From: a bacterium
GTDB lineage: Bacteria; Babelota; Babeliae; Babelales; JABJEI01
Reading direction: 5' to 3'
NCBI GenBank assembly: GCA_018663245.1
Contig: JABJEI010000014.1
Coordinates: 3,436 to 67,435, forward strand
DNA: 64,000 nucleotides
In this document: positions 44,930 through 54,181 of the stretch, in pieces
How the letters are laid out: every line of letters starts with the position of its first letter
How positions within the stretch are numbered: position 1 is the first letter of the stretch
Translations under genes and position numbers: made by a program
Notes under the pieces: model-generated
Told to the model about the DNA's origin: nothing
The model's database searches: none
Seen by the model: the letters and a program-made list of their open reading frames with translations, nothing else

Positions 44930-45379
44930 ATGAAGAAAAAATTAAGTCGCTTAGAAGCGATAAGGCATCTTGTCTCAACACGTGCCCTGCACTCGCAAAC
45001 AGAATTAGCCGAACTGCTTAAGAACTCGTTCCACATCGACGCACATCAGTCGTTGATATCACGCGACTTACGAACCTTGGGTATCGTAAAGGTTGTGGAA
45101 CAAGGGAAGTCGGTATACCGATTGTCTGCAAGTAACCCCGAGCAAGAGATCCTAAAAAAAGCTATCGTCAGTATTAACCACAACAATTCTATGATTGTGG
45201 TCGAGACCATGGCCGGCTTGGCCCCGTTTGTGGCCGATCAAATAGACTTAATTCGTGACCAGATCGGCGTTCTGGGAACACTTGGAGGCGAGAATACAAT
45301 TTTTGTCGTCCCACAAAAAATTAATAACATCCAAGCTGTGTGCCAATCATTGCACACACTGCTCAAACAAGGAAGCTGA
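44930..45379 (+). CDS. argR: arginine repressor
   Basis: 149 aa with an N-terminal winged helix (QTELAELLKN..HQSLISRDLRTLGIVKV) and the C-terminal oligomerisation block GTLGGENTIFVV. Confidence 0.85.
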   Translation: MKKKLSRLEAIRHLVSTRALHSQTELAELLKNSFHIDAHQSLISRDLRTLGIVKVVEQGKSVYRLSASNPEQEILKKAIVSINHNNSMIVVETMAGLAPFVADQIDLIRDQIGVLGTLGGENTIFVVPQKINNIQAVCQSLHTLLKQGS

Positions 45380-45381
45380 TT

Positions 45382-46146
45382 ATGTTCAAAAAAATAACCG
45401 TCCTTATCGTAGTTTTATTATCACTTACTTTGACCTGGTATATTCGTCAGTACAACAGCAAGCACACTAGTGCACAAATTGGCAAAACGCTGATTGTTGG
45501 TACAAGTGCCGACTACTACCCATTTGCATTTATAAAAGATGATGAATACGCCGGATTTGATCTTGATATCATCAAAAAAATTGGCAACATTATAAACAAA
45601 GATATAATCATAAAAAACATGCCTTTCAATACACTCTTGATAGAACTTCGATTAGGGCACATTGACATGATTGCCGCAGGCATGACCCCGTCACCAGCAC
45701 GAGCACGCAAGATACTCTACACCAATCCATACCTAACAAACGACCCGCTCATTGCTGTTTCAATGCCCGAAAATTTAATCTCTAGTGATCCAAATAAATT
45801 GTTGGACAAAAAAGTTGTAGTGAATCTAGGATACACAGCAGACAACTACCTTACCCAGCAACTAAAAATGGAACCATTGCGACTGGATACAATCGGAGAC
45901 CTGTTCCTCGCACTGCAAAACAGACATGCCAAAGTTGTCATTGGTGCAAAAAGCACTCTTACTCCTTACCTAAAAAAACATATCGACAAACAATACAACG
46001 TTGTACAGCTGGACGCACCCTCAGAGACGTATGCATTTGCCGTCTCACTAACTGATAAAAAGTTAGCAACACGAATCAACCAAGCATTGCAAACAATGCA
46101 AGAGAATGGGATTTTGAAGGTAATTAAAAATAAATGGGGCTTCTAA
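45382..46146 (+). CDS. polar amino-acid ABC transporter substrate-binding protein (family 3 SBP)
   Basis: Trimmed to ATG 45382 (MFKKITVLIVVLLSL), 3 nt after the argR stop and behind AAGGAAG. Contains GFDLDIIKKIG and IDMIAAGMTPSPARARKILYTNPY. Confidence 0.85.
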   Translation: MFKKITVLIVVLLSLTLTWYIRQYNSKHTSAQIGKTLIVGTSADYYPFAFIKDDEYAGFDLDIIKKIGNIINKDIIIKNMPFNTLLIELRLGHIDMIAAGMTPSPARARKILYTNPYLTNDPLIAVSMPENLISSDPNKLLDKKVVVNLGYTADNYLTQQLKMEPLRLDTIGDLFLALQNRHAKVVIGAKSTLTPYLKKHIDKQYNVVQLDAPSETYAFAVSLTDKKLATRINQALQTMQENGILKVIKNKWGF

Positions 46147-46802
46147 TGATAATCGATTTTCAACTAATTTATCACGCGCTGCCGCAGCTTATGCGAGGCG
46201 CGCAAATAACAATCCTGATCGGCCTAATCTCATGCATCATCGGGTTGGCTCTGGGTACCATGTTTGGACTGGCCCTAGAATCAACCACGCGCACCCTAAA
46301 GTACCCAGTTTATCTGATTACAACCGTACTGCGTGGAACTCCGATGGTAATCCAGATAGTTTTTATGTACGCATTTTTGCCAATCGTAGGCATAAACTTG
46401 CCACCCTTGTGGACGGCGATTATCGCTGTTGGCATGAACAGTGCCGCATACATCAGTAGCATCGTGCGCTCAGGAATTAAATCGATTAGTTCAGGGCAGG
46501 TTGAAGCAGCAAAAGTACTGGGATTCAGTAGACTGCAAACTCTGTGGTATATAATTCTTCCACGCATCATGCGAGTTATGCTTCCACCTCTGGGTAACGA
46601 GTTGATAGTCTTGGTTAAAGACTCAAGCCTTGCCTCGTTCATCGGGGTAACTGAACTCTTTAAACAAGGGAGCATAATAACTTCCACAACCTACGATGCT
46701 CTGTCAGTGTACGCAGCAGTAGGTGCCGTTTACCTACTAATCACCGGCACACTAACCATGGGACTTACAGCCCTTGAAGTGAGGTTAAACCGACATGCTT
46801 AG
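46146..46802 (+). CDS. amino-acid ABC transporter permease
   Basis: The start ATG 46146 overlaps the SBP stop (TAATG); ATG 46134 is an alternative. Contains the EAA loop VEAAKVLGFSRLQTLWYIILP. Confidence 0.85.
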   Translation: MIIDFQLIYHALPQLMRGAQITILIGLISCIIGLALGTMFGLALESTTRTLKYPVYLITTVLRGTPMVIQIVFMYAFLPIVGINLPPLWTAIIAVGMNSAAYISSIVRSGIKSISSGQVEAAKVLGFSRLQTLWYIILPRIMRVMLPPLGNELIVLVKDSSLASFIGVTELFKQGSIITSTTYDALSVYAAVGAVYLLITGTLTMGLTALEVRLNRHA

Positions 46803-47505
46803 TTTAAAAAATATAACCAAGAAATTTGGCGACAAGCGAATTATTGATAATGTCAGCTTTGAGGTGCAGCCAGGAGAAGTAGCCGTATTACTTGGAGCCT
46901 CTGGCGTAGGCAAATCTACTATTCTTCGTCTTTTGAACAATCTTGAAACGCTTAATCAAGGCATTGTCACTTTTGAGGGTAAAAAACTTGATCTAGAAAG
47001 TATGCACACAAATCAAACAATCGGTATGATTTTTCAGCAATTCAATCTGTTTGAGCATTTATCAGTGCGTGAAAACGTTACAATTGCTATGCGTACAGTA
47101 CTTGGCAAATCAGCCAAGGCAGCCGATAAAATCGCCAATGATCTCCTAAAACGATACGACCTGACCGACAAAGTGGACAGCTCTCCTTCGGCTCTGTCTG
47201 GGGGGCAAAAACAACGGCTGAGCCTTGCTAGAGCGCTCGCTATGCGACCAAAAATTCTTTGTATGGATGAGCCAACTTCGGCACTTGACCCGGTACTAAC
47301 CGGCTACGTAGCTCAAGAGATAACCGACCTAGCAAAAGACGGTCTTGTAGTATTAATCGCAACACACGACATTAAACTGCTTGAGCAGCTTGCCTGCACT
47401 GTTCACCTGATGGATAAAGGCAAAATTGTTGAATCTGGAACCATGCACAGTATCACCTCCTCACCAAATAAACATCCCAAGATCAGTGCGTTTATCAAGG
47501 GGTAA
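46795..47505 (+). CDS. amino-acid ABC transporter ATP-binding protein
   Basis: Has Walker A GASGVGKST, the signature LSGGQKQRLSLARAL, and Walker B ILCMDEPTSALD. Confidence 0.93.
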   Translation: MLSLKNITKKFGDKRIIDNVSFEVQPGEVAVLLGASGVGKSTILRLLNNLETLNQGIVTFEGKKLDLESMHTNQTIGMIFQQFNLFEHLSVRENVTIAMRTVLGKSAKAADKIANDLLKRYDLTDKVDSSPSALSGGQKQRLSLARALAMRPKILCMDEPTSALDPVLTGYVAQEITDLAKDGLVVLIATHDIKLLEQLACTVHLMDKGKIVESGTMHSITSSPNKHPKISAFIKG

Positions 47506-47507
47506 TA

Positions 47508-47939
47508 ATGAAAAATAATTTACTTATCAAAGATGACATCGTCATTCCCGGCTACGAGCTTGAGATAACAACGAGTAGATCAAGTGGAGCGGGCGGCCAA
47601 CACGTAAACAAAACCGATACACGGGTAACCGTGAGGTGGAATGTACGAGACACAACCGTTTTGAATGATTCACAAAAAGAACAAATCAACAATAAACTTC
47701 AGGCTAAATTAACCAACGATGGTTACCTGATTGTTCACGATGGATCATCACGAAGCCAGCTACAAAACAAGCATAGCGCACTGGATCGACTTGCCGCTCA
47801 GGTTCGCAGAGGCCTTGCTTGCCAAAAAAAACGGATGAAAACTCGTATTCCAAAATCAGCAAAAGAATCTCGTTTGCGCTCCAAAGCACACCGCAGTAAC
47901 TTGAAAAAAATGCGTAGCAAAAACATCCAAGATGACTAA
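47508..47939 (+). CDS. arfB: alternative ribosome-rescue factor ArfB (peptidyl-tRNA hydrolase, GGQ domain)
   Basis: 143 aa with SRSSGAGGQHVNKTDTRVTVRW and a basic C-terminal tail (KKRMKTRIPKSAKESRLRSKAHRSNLKKMRSK). Confidence 0.85.
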   Translation: MKNNLLIKDDIVIPGYELEITTSRSSGAGGQHVNKTDTRVTVRWNVRDTTVLNDSQKEQINNKLQAKLTNDGYLIVHDGSSRSQLQNKHSALDRLAAQVRRGLACQKKRMKTRIPKSAKESRLRSKAHRSNLKKMRSKNIQDD

Positions 47940-48019
47940 AGAGTCTCGGCTAAGTTTTACCACAAAGCCAATGATTACAAAGATTATGACTAAAAAAGTG
48001 ACGCCAAAGAAGTAGCTGC

Positions 48020-48055
48020 AAAAAAATAGGGGCAAGATTTTTACACCTTGCCCCT
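48020..48055 (-). terminator. rho-independent terminator of coiled-coil paralog 1
   Basis: Minus strand AGGGGCAAG-gtgtaaaaat-CTTGCCCCT followed by ATTTTTTT. Confidence 0.7.
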
Positions 48056-48078
48056 AACGTTAAATTACTTCTTACTTA

Positions 48079-51000
48079 TTAAGATCCATCCTGTGCCACA
48101 GCCAACAAGGCCGATGGTAAAGTATTATCTTTTTTAAGCACACCTTGTAGTTCATTTAGAACTTTAGCTCGCTTGCCAGCCTCTGAGTCTGTTTCGACCT
48201 TATCAAGTGCCTTCTCATTCTCTGCACTCAACGTCTTGCCTTTTTTACTGAACAAGTTCTTGATCCAGTCAACAACAAAGCGAACACGTTCTTTGAACGG
48301 TTTTTTGACAATCTGGGCCTTACGCGCGTCAATCGCTACCTTAACCTCGTTAAGCCTTTTCTCGAGCTGCTTTACATCTTTGGCCGCATCCCTGAAGTCT
48401 GCACTTTTTTGTTCAAATTCTTCGGCCCGAGTCCCATATTTATTTTTATAAAGGCTTTCAACTTTATCTAAGCTTTTACCACAAGCCTCTGTTTGTAGAA
48501 CTTCAAGACGTTTTGCAAAGGTATCAACAAACGTAATATATTTGCTACCAGCAAAATGGTTATCATGATCAAACGATGGTACCGTGCCTTGATTAATCAA
48601 TGTCTCAAGAGCAGACCTGAACTTACCTAATTTTTCTTGATCGATACTTTTCAGCTCATAAGGCTTACCAGGAACTTTTTTCCCTACATCAAAGGCCACA
48701 AGCAGCTTAGGGTAGCGCTTTTCAGCTTTACTTACAAAATCCAAATCATTCGGCTCAACCTTACCGTTGGTTCCGTTAACTTCAAGACCTTTAACAGCGG
48801 TCAAAAGATCTCGTAAAACAACATCCGCATTTGCGAAAATATAAAAACCATCAACAACCTTCTTGTTGGTATACTCAGCATCAAATTTTTTGGTTAACTC
48901 AGTTACAGATACATCAGTAAACCCTAGCGTATCAAGAGCCTTAAGTGAGTTAACAATTTGAGACGAATTCTTTAGATCATGATCATTAAAGTTTTTGATA
49001 TATCGCTCAAGTTGGCGCATTTTTGCACGTGCTTTAGAAGCATCACGACGCAAGTTCTGTAAATCTTCCTTTGTATTCAAGTCGGATGTCTCTGATTTAA
49101 GCTTGTCTGCCTCATCACGTACCGCCTCCAGCTCCTCTGTAGCCGTTACAGCATCGCGAGTTGTAGGGTCAAGAGGTGCATCCTTATCTACGGCTTTGCC
49201 GCGACTAGCCCCTTTGTTCCTCAGCCAGCTCATCAACTTATCAAGTGGACCACCTTTTTGAGTAAATTTGGCGATATTGTTGCGCATAGACTCAAAAGAA
49301 TTTTGCACTATCTGCTTTACACTCTTAGCCTCTTTACCAGGATCAGTGTCAGAATTAGACTTAGAAACCTTGGCCTCAGTCATTTTTTTATCCAAAGCAT
49401 CAAGAAGCTTCAGAAATTCTTCTGTAGCCTTGTGCGTTACTTCACCTTTATCTAATTCAATAAACGCATCAAACTTTTTAGCTTCTTCACGCGTAATAAC
49501 ACCGTCAGTTTTTGCGTCAGACTTAAGCGCATCGATAACTTCGGGTAGAACCCTCATCAGCTTTTTGTTGTCAAGATGATATCGCCGTTCAATATCTCCT
49601 CGCTCTTGCACTCCAGAAACAGCTTCAAGCTTCTCTAACTTTTCGGCCGAAGCGGTATCATCGACTTTTTGTTGCTCCTTAACATCGCCGAATGCCTTCT
49701 CGATAACCGTACTGAGTTCTTTTTTATCAGCCTCAGTTAGAGTGGCTTCACGATTAGACTTCTTCAATAACTTTTGTATTTCTTCAACATCACCCTTAGA
49801 AATAGGTGAACGTTTTTTAAGTTCAAGTTGTTTTGCAATCGCATCTTGCACTGCTGTCAGCTGTTCACGCAATTCAGGTGTAAGACTCTTACCTTTTTGC
49901 GATCTATCAAAACTTGCTATGTCCGAATTCAATTCAGCTAACTGGCCATCAGAAACTCGAATGTTACGGTGCTCACGGACTTCGAGACCAAACAAATCTT
50001 CAACTGCTTCCAGCTTGCCGGGCTTAATTTTACGGGCATTATCCCAGGCCCAATTAAGATGATCTGTTAAAACCTCTTCATTAACCGCAAGCCTACCACT
50101 CGTATCTCGCGTCAATATCGACTTAGAGTCAACAGTTTTCATCGCAATAAGTTCTTGAATCTCGGTAATATGCGTCTCGTCACTACCCGGCGGATTCTTT
50201 GTATAAAACTCACCATCACTTGCATAATACGCTTCAAGACTTTCGCGAACCTCAGTAATTTTATCTTGAGGAAATGAACCCCATACCTTTTCTTCAAAGT
50301 CTTTGACTACATCAATCGTAATTCCACGCTCTCGTAAAGCATCAACTACCCGATATCGAGCATCAAATCCTTTTCGCATTTCTACAATACTACCCTTCTC
50401 CACATACTTCTTAGCATCTGAATCTAGATATTTATTCTTAAGCATTTCAGACTTAAGGTCTACCGAAACTGAATCTAATTTAGCTTGTGAAAAATTCGCA
50501 TTTTCTCTACCAAACAAGCTACCAAGCCTATCAGCAAATCTGCCTAACTTAGCTTTAAGCACAAATAAATTATCACGAATCTCGCTAAGCGCCTTACGGT
50601 ACTTTATCGACCTCTTATGCTTACTTGCATCTAAACTTTCTTTCAACTCGGTTAGTTTGTCCGACAATTTGCTTCTTAAGCTCAAAACTTGTTCTTTTAA
50701 TGTATTTGCCAACTCTTTGGCTGACGGAAATTGATCTTTATGCGAAGCTATATCTCTGAACGGCTTAGTTATTTTGTTAAGTATTTTGGCAGCCTTTGAA
50801 TTACCCGATTCGTTAAGATCGGCCTCTAGTTGCTGCTGAGCAACAGTTTTTGGCTCAAATTTTGCATCTTTAGAAAGCTCTACAACTTCCCCTGAATGCT
50901 CTTTGAGACTGTCATTAGGAGAAAAACCGGTATCATTTTGTGACATTTGCGCATCAATTATAGCTTGCGAAAAATTCTGCTGTATTTTCTCATTAATCGG

Positions 51001-52830
51001 ATCTTTTATAACCTCTTTTAACCATTTTGCAACCTTTTGCATTGCCTCCTCAGAAGGTCCGAGTGGACTTGGCTCTCCATTTATTAAATGGCTTTCATCT
51101 ATAAGACCGTATACTTCATCAATGTCATCATAATTCTCTTCAGACACATCAAAGCTATCATCCGCTTCCAAATGCTCTGTTTTTTTTAATTCTGCTTCAA
51201 GTTTATTAAGCGTAGACTGTTTAACTGGCTCGTGAGCGGGTTCACCTGGTGAAGCATGCTTCCTGTCCTTGAAACTCTCAATATCTACCTTAAGCTGCTC
51301 AGCTGCCTCTTTAAACGCCGATTTTTCTTCAGCTGTTTCGGACGCATCGCGCTCTTGCATAACCGTATCAATATTCTGTTTAAATCTATCTACCTCATCT
51401 AGAGTTAAAGGCACGGTTCCTTCTTCAAGACGAATCGTAGAAAGCAAATCTTTAACAAAAGTTCGCAAATCATTGGACTCAACTTCAGAACCTGCATCCT
51501 TCATTTCTGAAAGTATTTCACTGCGCAAACGTATATTAGAAGCGCCATCCATATCTTCCAAATTTTCTTGCAACTCTAATTCATTTACGTCTCTACGTAT
51601 GCTTTCAAGCGATTTATGTGAAACATCTTCGTTATATTCTGCTTCCTGCTTGCGTGATAACTTATCACGCCCTTCAAGAGCCTCAAATCGGGCTGAAATC
51701 AAGTCAAACTCTAACTGCTCAGTATCTGAATCAGATGGAGTTTGCAAATTTTCAAAGTTTTTTATTTCCTGCGATAGCTTCTCTAGCTTGTCTTGACTAG
51801 CTAACAAATCATTCTTTGTTGGATCATTTTTCGATTTCTCTAGGGTTTCCTTCAGTTCTCGAACATCAGCCTGTGAATCAGGTGATAATTTTGTAAAATT
51901 ATCTGACTTTATCAACTCATCAAATACTTTTACAAATGCCTTTGCTTCATCTTTACGATGTTCTATTACATGCTTTTTGGGCGGTTCATTTTTACTCAAC
52001 TCACTCAGTTTTTCATTCGCACTCTCCTTCAACTCCTCCAGTTCAGGATCAATATCAAACAAATCATCATTCAAAGAATCTGTTTCAGCCATAGCCTCAT
52101 GCAGCTCATTCATGGCCTCTTTGCTTAGAGCTTTTTTACCACGTAAATTATCTAAAGCATCACCAAAGTCCTTAAAGAACTTCTTAAGCGCATCTATAAA
52201 AGCAGCTGGCGCCTTCTTTAATTTCTCCCCAGTCCAGCTGGAAATACTCTTCAATGTCTCGCGTAATTTATTAAGAATCTTAAAAGGCTTTTTCTGAGCC
52301 TTTGTCATATTTTCATCAATAGGCTTAGGGTCCAATCCTATCTCTTTACCGTACTTCAACATATCGTCAATAAGCTTCTCACGCTTAAATTTTGTATCTT
52401 TATCTTGCAAACTATCTGTTAGCTCGCCTTCAACTTTTTCTAATGATGAAAGCTGTTTCTTAGCCTCGTTCAAGCCTTTGCTAGCATCTTCAAGACGTTT
52501 TTTGCCGATATCCGTATCTTTAACATCCTCAGCCTGCTTTAAGTCTTTCTTCGTTTGATCAAGATTATCTTTGTACGCCTCAAGATTTTGTTGTAGCTCT
52601 CTCAAGCGTTCTTGTTCTTGCTTATCTAAATCTTCTCGCTTTTCAAGCTTATCACGCTCAGCATCAAGCTTTTGCTCTTCCTCTGCTTGCTTTGCATACT
52701 CATCTTTTGCTTCTTCAAGCGTGTAGGTTTCTTCATCTACATGCACGGGTTCCGCGCCATCCATTGCATACAAAGTCTGACAGCCAAACAGGCCAGCAAA
52801 TAATAAACTTATAAATATGAGCTTTTTCAC
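48079..52830 (-). CDS. giant secreted coiled-coil protein (leader family paralog 1)
   Basis: 1583 aa from a GTG start. Leader is MKKLIFISLLFAGLFGCQTLYAMDGAEP (a possible lipobox LFGC). The rest is E/K/D/L-rich with no recognisable catalytic motif. Confidence 0.85.
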   Translation of the reverse strand: MKKLIFISLLFAGLFGCQTLYAMDGAEPVHVDEETYTLEEAKDEYAKQAEEEQKLDAERDKLEKREDLDKQEQERLRELQQNLEAYKDNLDQTKKDLKQAEDVKDTDIGKKRLEDASKGLNEAKKQLSSLEKVEGELTDSLQDKDTKFKREKLIDDMLKYGKEIGLDPKPIDENMTKAQKKPFKILNKLRETLKSISSWTGEKLKKAPAAFIDALKKFFKDFGDALDNLRGKKALSKEAMNELHEAMAETDSLNDDLFDIDPELEELKESANEKLSELSKNEPPKKHVIEHRKDEAKAFVKVFDELIKSDNFTKLSPDSQADVRELKETLEKSKNDPTKNDLLASQDKLEKLSQEIKNFENLQTPSDSDTEQLEFDLISARFEALEGRDKLSRKQEAEYNEDVSHKSLESIRRDVNELELQENLEDMDGASNIRLRSEILSEMKDAGSEVESNDLRTFVKDLLSTIRLEEGTVPLTLDEVDRFKQNIDTVMQERDASETAEEKSAFKEAAEQLKVDIESFKDRKHASPGEPAHEPVKQSTLNKLEAELKKTEHLEADDSFDVSEENYDDIDEVYGLIDESHLINGEPSPLGPSEEAMQKVAKWLKEVIKDPINEKIQQNFSQAIIDAQMSQNDTGFSPNDSLKEHSGEVVELSKDAKFEPKTVAQQQLEADLNESGNSKAAKILNKITKPFRDIASHKDQFPSAKELANTLKEQVLSLRSKLSDKLTELKESLDASKHKRSIKYRKALSEIRDNLFVLKAKLGRFADRLGSLFGRENANFSQAKLDSVSVDLKSEMLKNKYLDSDAKKYVEKGSIVEMRKGFDARYRVVDALRERGITIDVVKDFEEKVWGSFPQDKITEVRESLEAYYASDGEFYTKNPPGSDETHITEIQELIAMKTVDSKSILTRDTSGRLAVNEEVLTDHLNWAWDNARKIKPGKLEAVEDLFGLEVREHRNIRVSDGQLAELNSDIASFDRSQKGKSLTPELREQLTAVQDAIAKQLELKKRSPISKGDVEEIQKLLKKSNREATLTEADKKELSTVIEKAFGDVKEQQKVDDTASAEKLEKLEAVSGVQERGDIERRYHLDNKKLMRVLPEVIDALKSDAKTDGVITREEAKKFDAFIELDKGEVTHKATEEFLKLLDALDKKMTEAKVSKSNSDTDPGKEAKSVKQIVQNSFESMRNNIAKFTQKGGPLDKLMSWLRNKGASRGKAVDKDAPLDPTTRDAVTATEELEAVRDEADKLKSETSDLNTKEDLQNLRRDASKARAKMRQLERYIKNFNDHDLKNSSQIVNSLKALDTLGFTDVSVTELTKKFDAEYTNKKVVDGFYIFANADVVLRDLLTAVKGLEVNGTNGKVEPNDLDFVSKAEKRYPKLLVAFDVGKKVPGKPYELKSIDQEKLGKFRSALETLINQGTVPSFDHDNHFAGSKYITFVDTFAKRLEVLQTEACGKSLDKVESLYKNKYGTRAEEFEQKSADFRDAAKDVKQLEKRLNEVKVAIDARKAQIVKKPFKERVRFVVDWIKNLFSKKGKTLSAENEKALDKVETDSEAGKRAKVLNELQGVLKKDNTLPSALLAVAQDGS

Positions 52831-52877
52831 GATCTTTTCCTTGTATTACGTCACAATATTTTTATTCATATACTATA

Positions 52878-52907
52878 ATAATAGACTATTTGCAACTATT
52901 AAAACAA
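52878..52907 (-). promoter_or_regulatory. putative sigma70 promoter of paralog 1
   Basis: Minus strand TTGTTT-(18 nt)-TATTAT. The geometry and flanks are the same as upstream of paralogs 2, 3 and 4. Confidence 0.4.
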
Positions 52908-52941
52908 GGGTTTGCGTAAATTATTTATAAAAAATAGGCAC

Positions 52942-52967
52942 AAAAAATGGGGACCCGAAGGCCCCCG
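52942..52967 (-). terminator. rho-independent terminator of paralog 2
   Basis: Minus strand GGGGGCC-TTCG-GGTCCCC followed by ATTTTTTG (UUCG tetraloop). Confidence 0.8.
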
Positions 52968-52994
52968 ATTGAATTCATTGATCAAATACTTGTT

Positions 52995-53960
52995 TTAGAG
53001 ACCACCGTCTCCGCCACCACCACCGTGGCCAGAAGTACTATTCGCATCGTTTACATGAAGAGCGTTATACAAATCTGTAAGTGATATATTCCTCATTTTT
53101 TTATTAAGCGAACTTATGTAATCGTTAAGTGCTTTAGAAATCTCATCTGCATTGATAAGCTTTGGAGTTGAGTCATCGATAAGCTTTTGAATTGAGTCAT
53201 CGCAGATCTCTATGAGCCTGGAAACGTCGGGACCCATTGCTGTGCGGATCTTTTTAAGTCGCTTCTCTTCCTTTTCAACCTTTTTTGATCGCTTCTTTTC
53301 CTTTGATTTTTCTATTTTTTCATCTAACTTTTCAGCAAGCTCTACTATTTTAGCTTTTAAATCAGGGCCTTTTATGTTTTTCACTAAATCAAAAAGATCA
53401 ATAAATGGCTTAATAAAAGTTCTTTCAATAAAGTCTCTAAACTGACGATTACTGTGAATTTTACCATCATTAGAAACCTCAGCGACTTTTCGATCGATAG
53501 AATTCATTGCTTCATTGCCCCTGCTTATCAGCTCCGCCCTTGCTGTATCTGCTGCTTTATCAGAATCACCAACAGCTTCTGTCCCCGAAAGAGCTTCCAC
53601 TGCTTTATCCAGCTTTGTAACTATCGAATCTGCTTCATTCATAGACTTATCTGCTTGATCTAAAAGAGTTTGGTGATCGTCGACTGAATTCTTAGACTGG
53701 TCAAGAAGGTTCTTAGCTGATTTAATCTGTTCTTGATGCTCACGAATCGCCTTGTCAAGCAACACTAACCGCTTTGAATCATTATCCATGTTCGCATCAT
53801 TACGTTCACTTATCAGTTCTTTTTGTGTAGCTTCTTCATCGGCAATCCTGGACTCAACACTAGTTTCTGTAACCACCGGATCTCCAGCCTCCATGGCAAA
53901 CAATGCCCACGAACCAAGCAGTCCCACAACAAGCAGGCTTATTAATAACTGTTTCTTCAT
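52995..53960 (-). CDS. secreted coiled-coil protein (leader family paralog 2), C-terminal GGGGGDGGL
   Basis: Trimmed from TTG 53987 to ATG 53960 (MKKQLLISLLVVGLLGSWALFAMEAGDP), the start shared with the other paralogs. Confidence 0.85.
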   Translation of the reverse strand: MKKQLLISLLVVGLLGSWALFAMEAGDPVVTETSVESRIADEEATQKELISERNDANMDNDSKRLVLLDKAIREHQEQIKSAKNLLDQSKNSVDDHQTLLDQADKSMNEADSIVTKLDKAVEALSGTEAVGDSDKAADTARAELISRGNEAMNSIDRKVAEVSNDGKIHSNRQFRDFIERTFIKPFIDLFDLVKNIKGPDLKAKIVELAEKLDEKIEKSKEKKRSKKVEKEEKRLKKIRTAMGPDVSRLIEICDDSIQKLIDDSTPKLINADEISKALNDYISSLNKKMRNISLTDLYNALHVNDANSTSGHGGGGGDGGL

Positions 53961-54007
53961 CTTTTTATCCCTTTGCGATGAATACAATATTTTTATCTCT
54001 TACAGTA

Positions 54008-54037
54008 ATTATGAACTATTTGAAACTACTCCTGCAA
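54008..54037 (-). promoter_or_regulatory. putative sigma70 promoter of paralog 2
   Basis: Minus strand TTGCAG-(18 nt)-CATAAT, followed by the conserved 5'UTR ..TGTAAGAGATAAAAATATTGTATTCATCGCAAAGGGATAAAAAG-ATG. Confidence 0.45.
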
Positions 54038-54142
54038 TGGTTAGCGTAAAAGTCGGTACATAAAATATGACTCTTTGTAGCAAATATTTACAAAGTGTAA
54101 CAACAAAAAATAACGCAACCTCTATTGCTATCCAATGAACTG

Positions 54143-54181
54143 CTGAAAGACTGGATCCCCGTTCAAAGCCGGGGATGACAA
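54143..54181 (+). repeat. REP-like palindromic repeat (ATCCCCG-N8-CGGGGAT), 39-nt unit
   Basis: ctgaaagactggATCCCCGttcaaagcCGGGGATgacaa is identical over 39 nt to 61145..61183. Confidence 0.8.
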
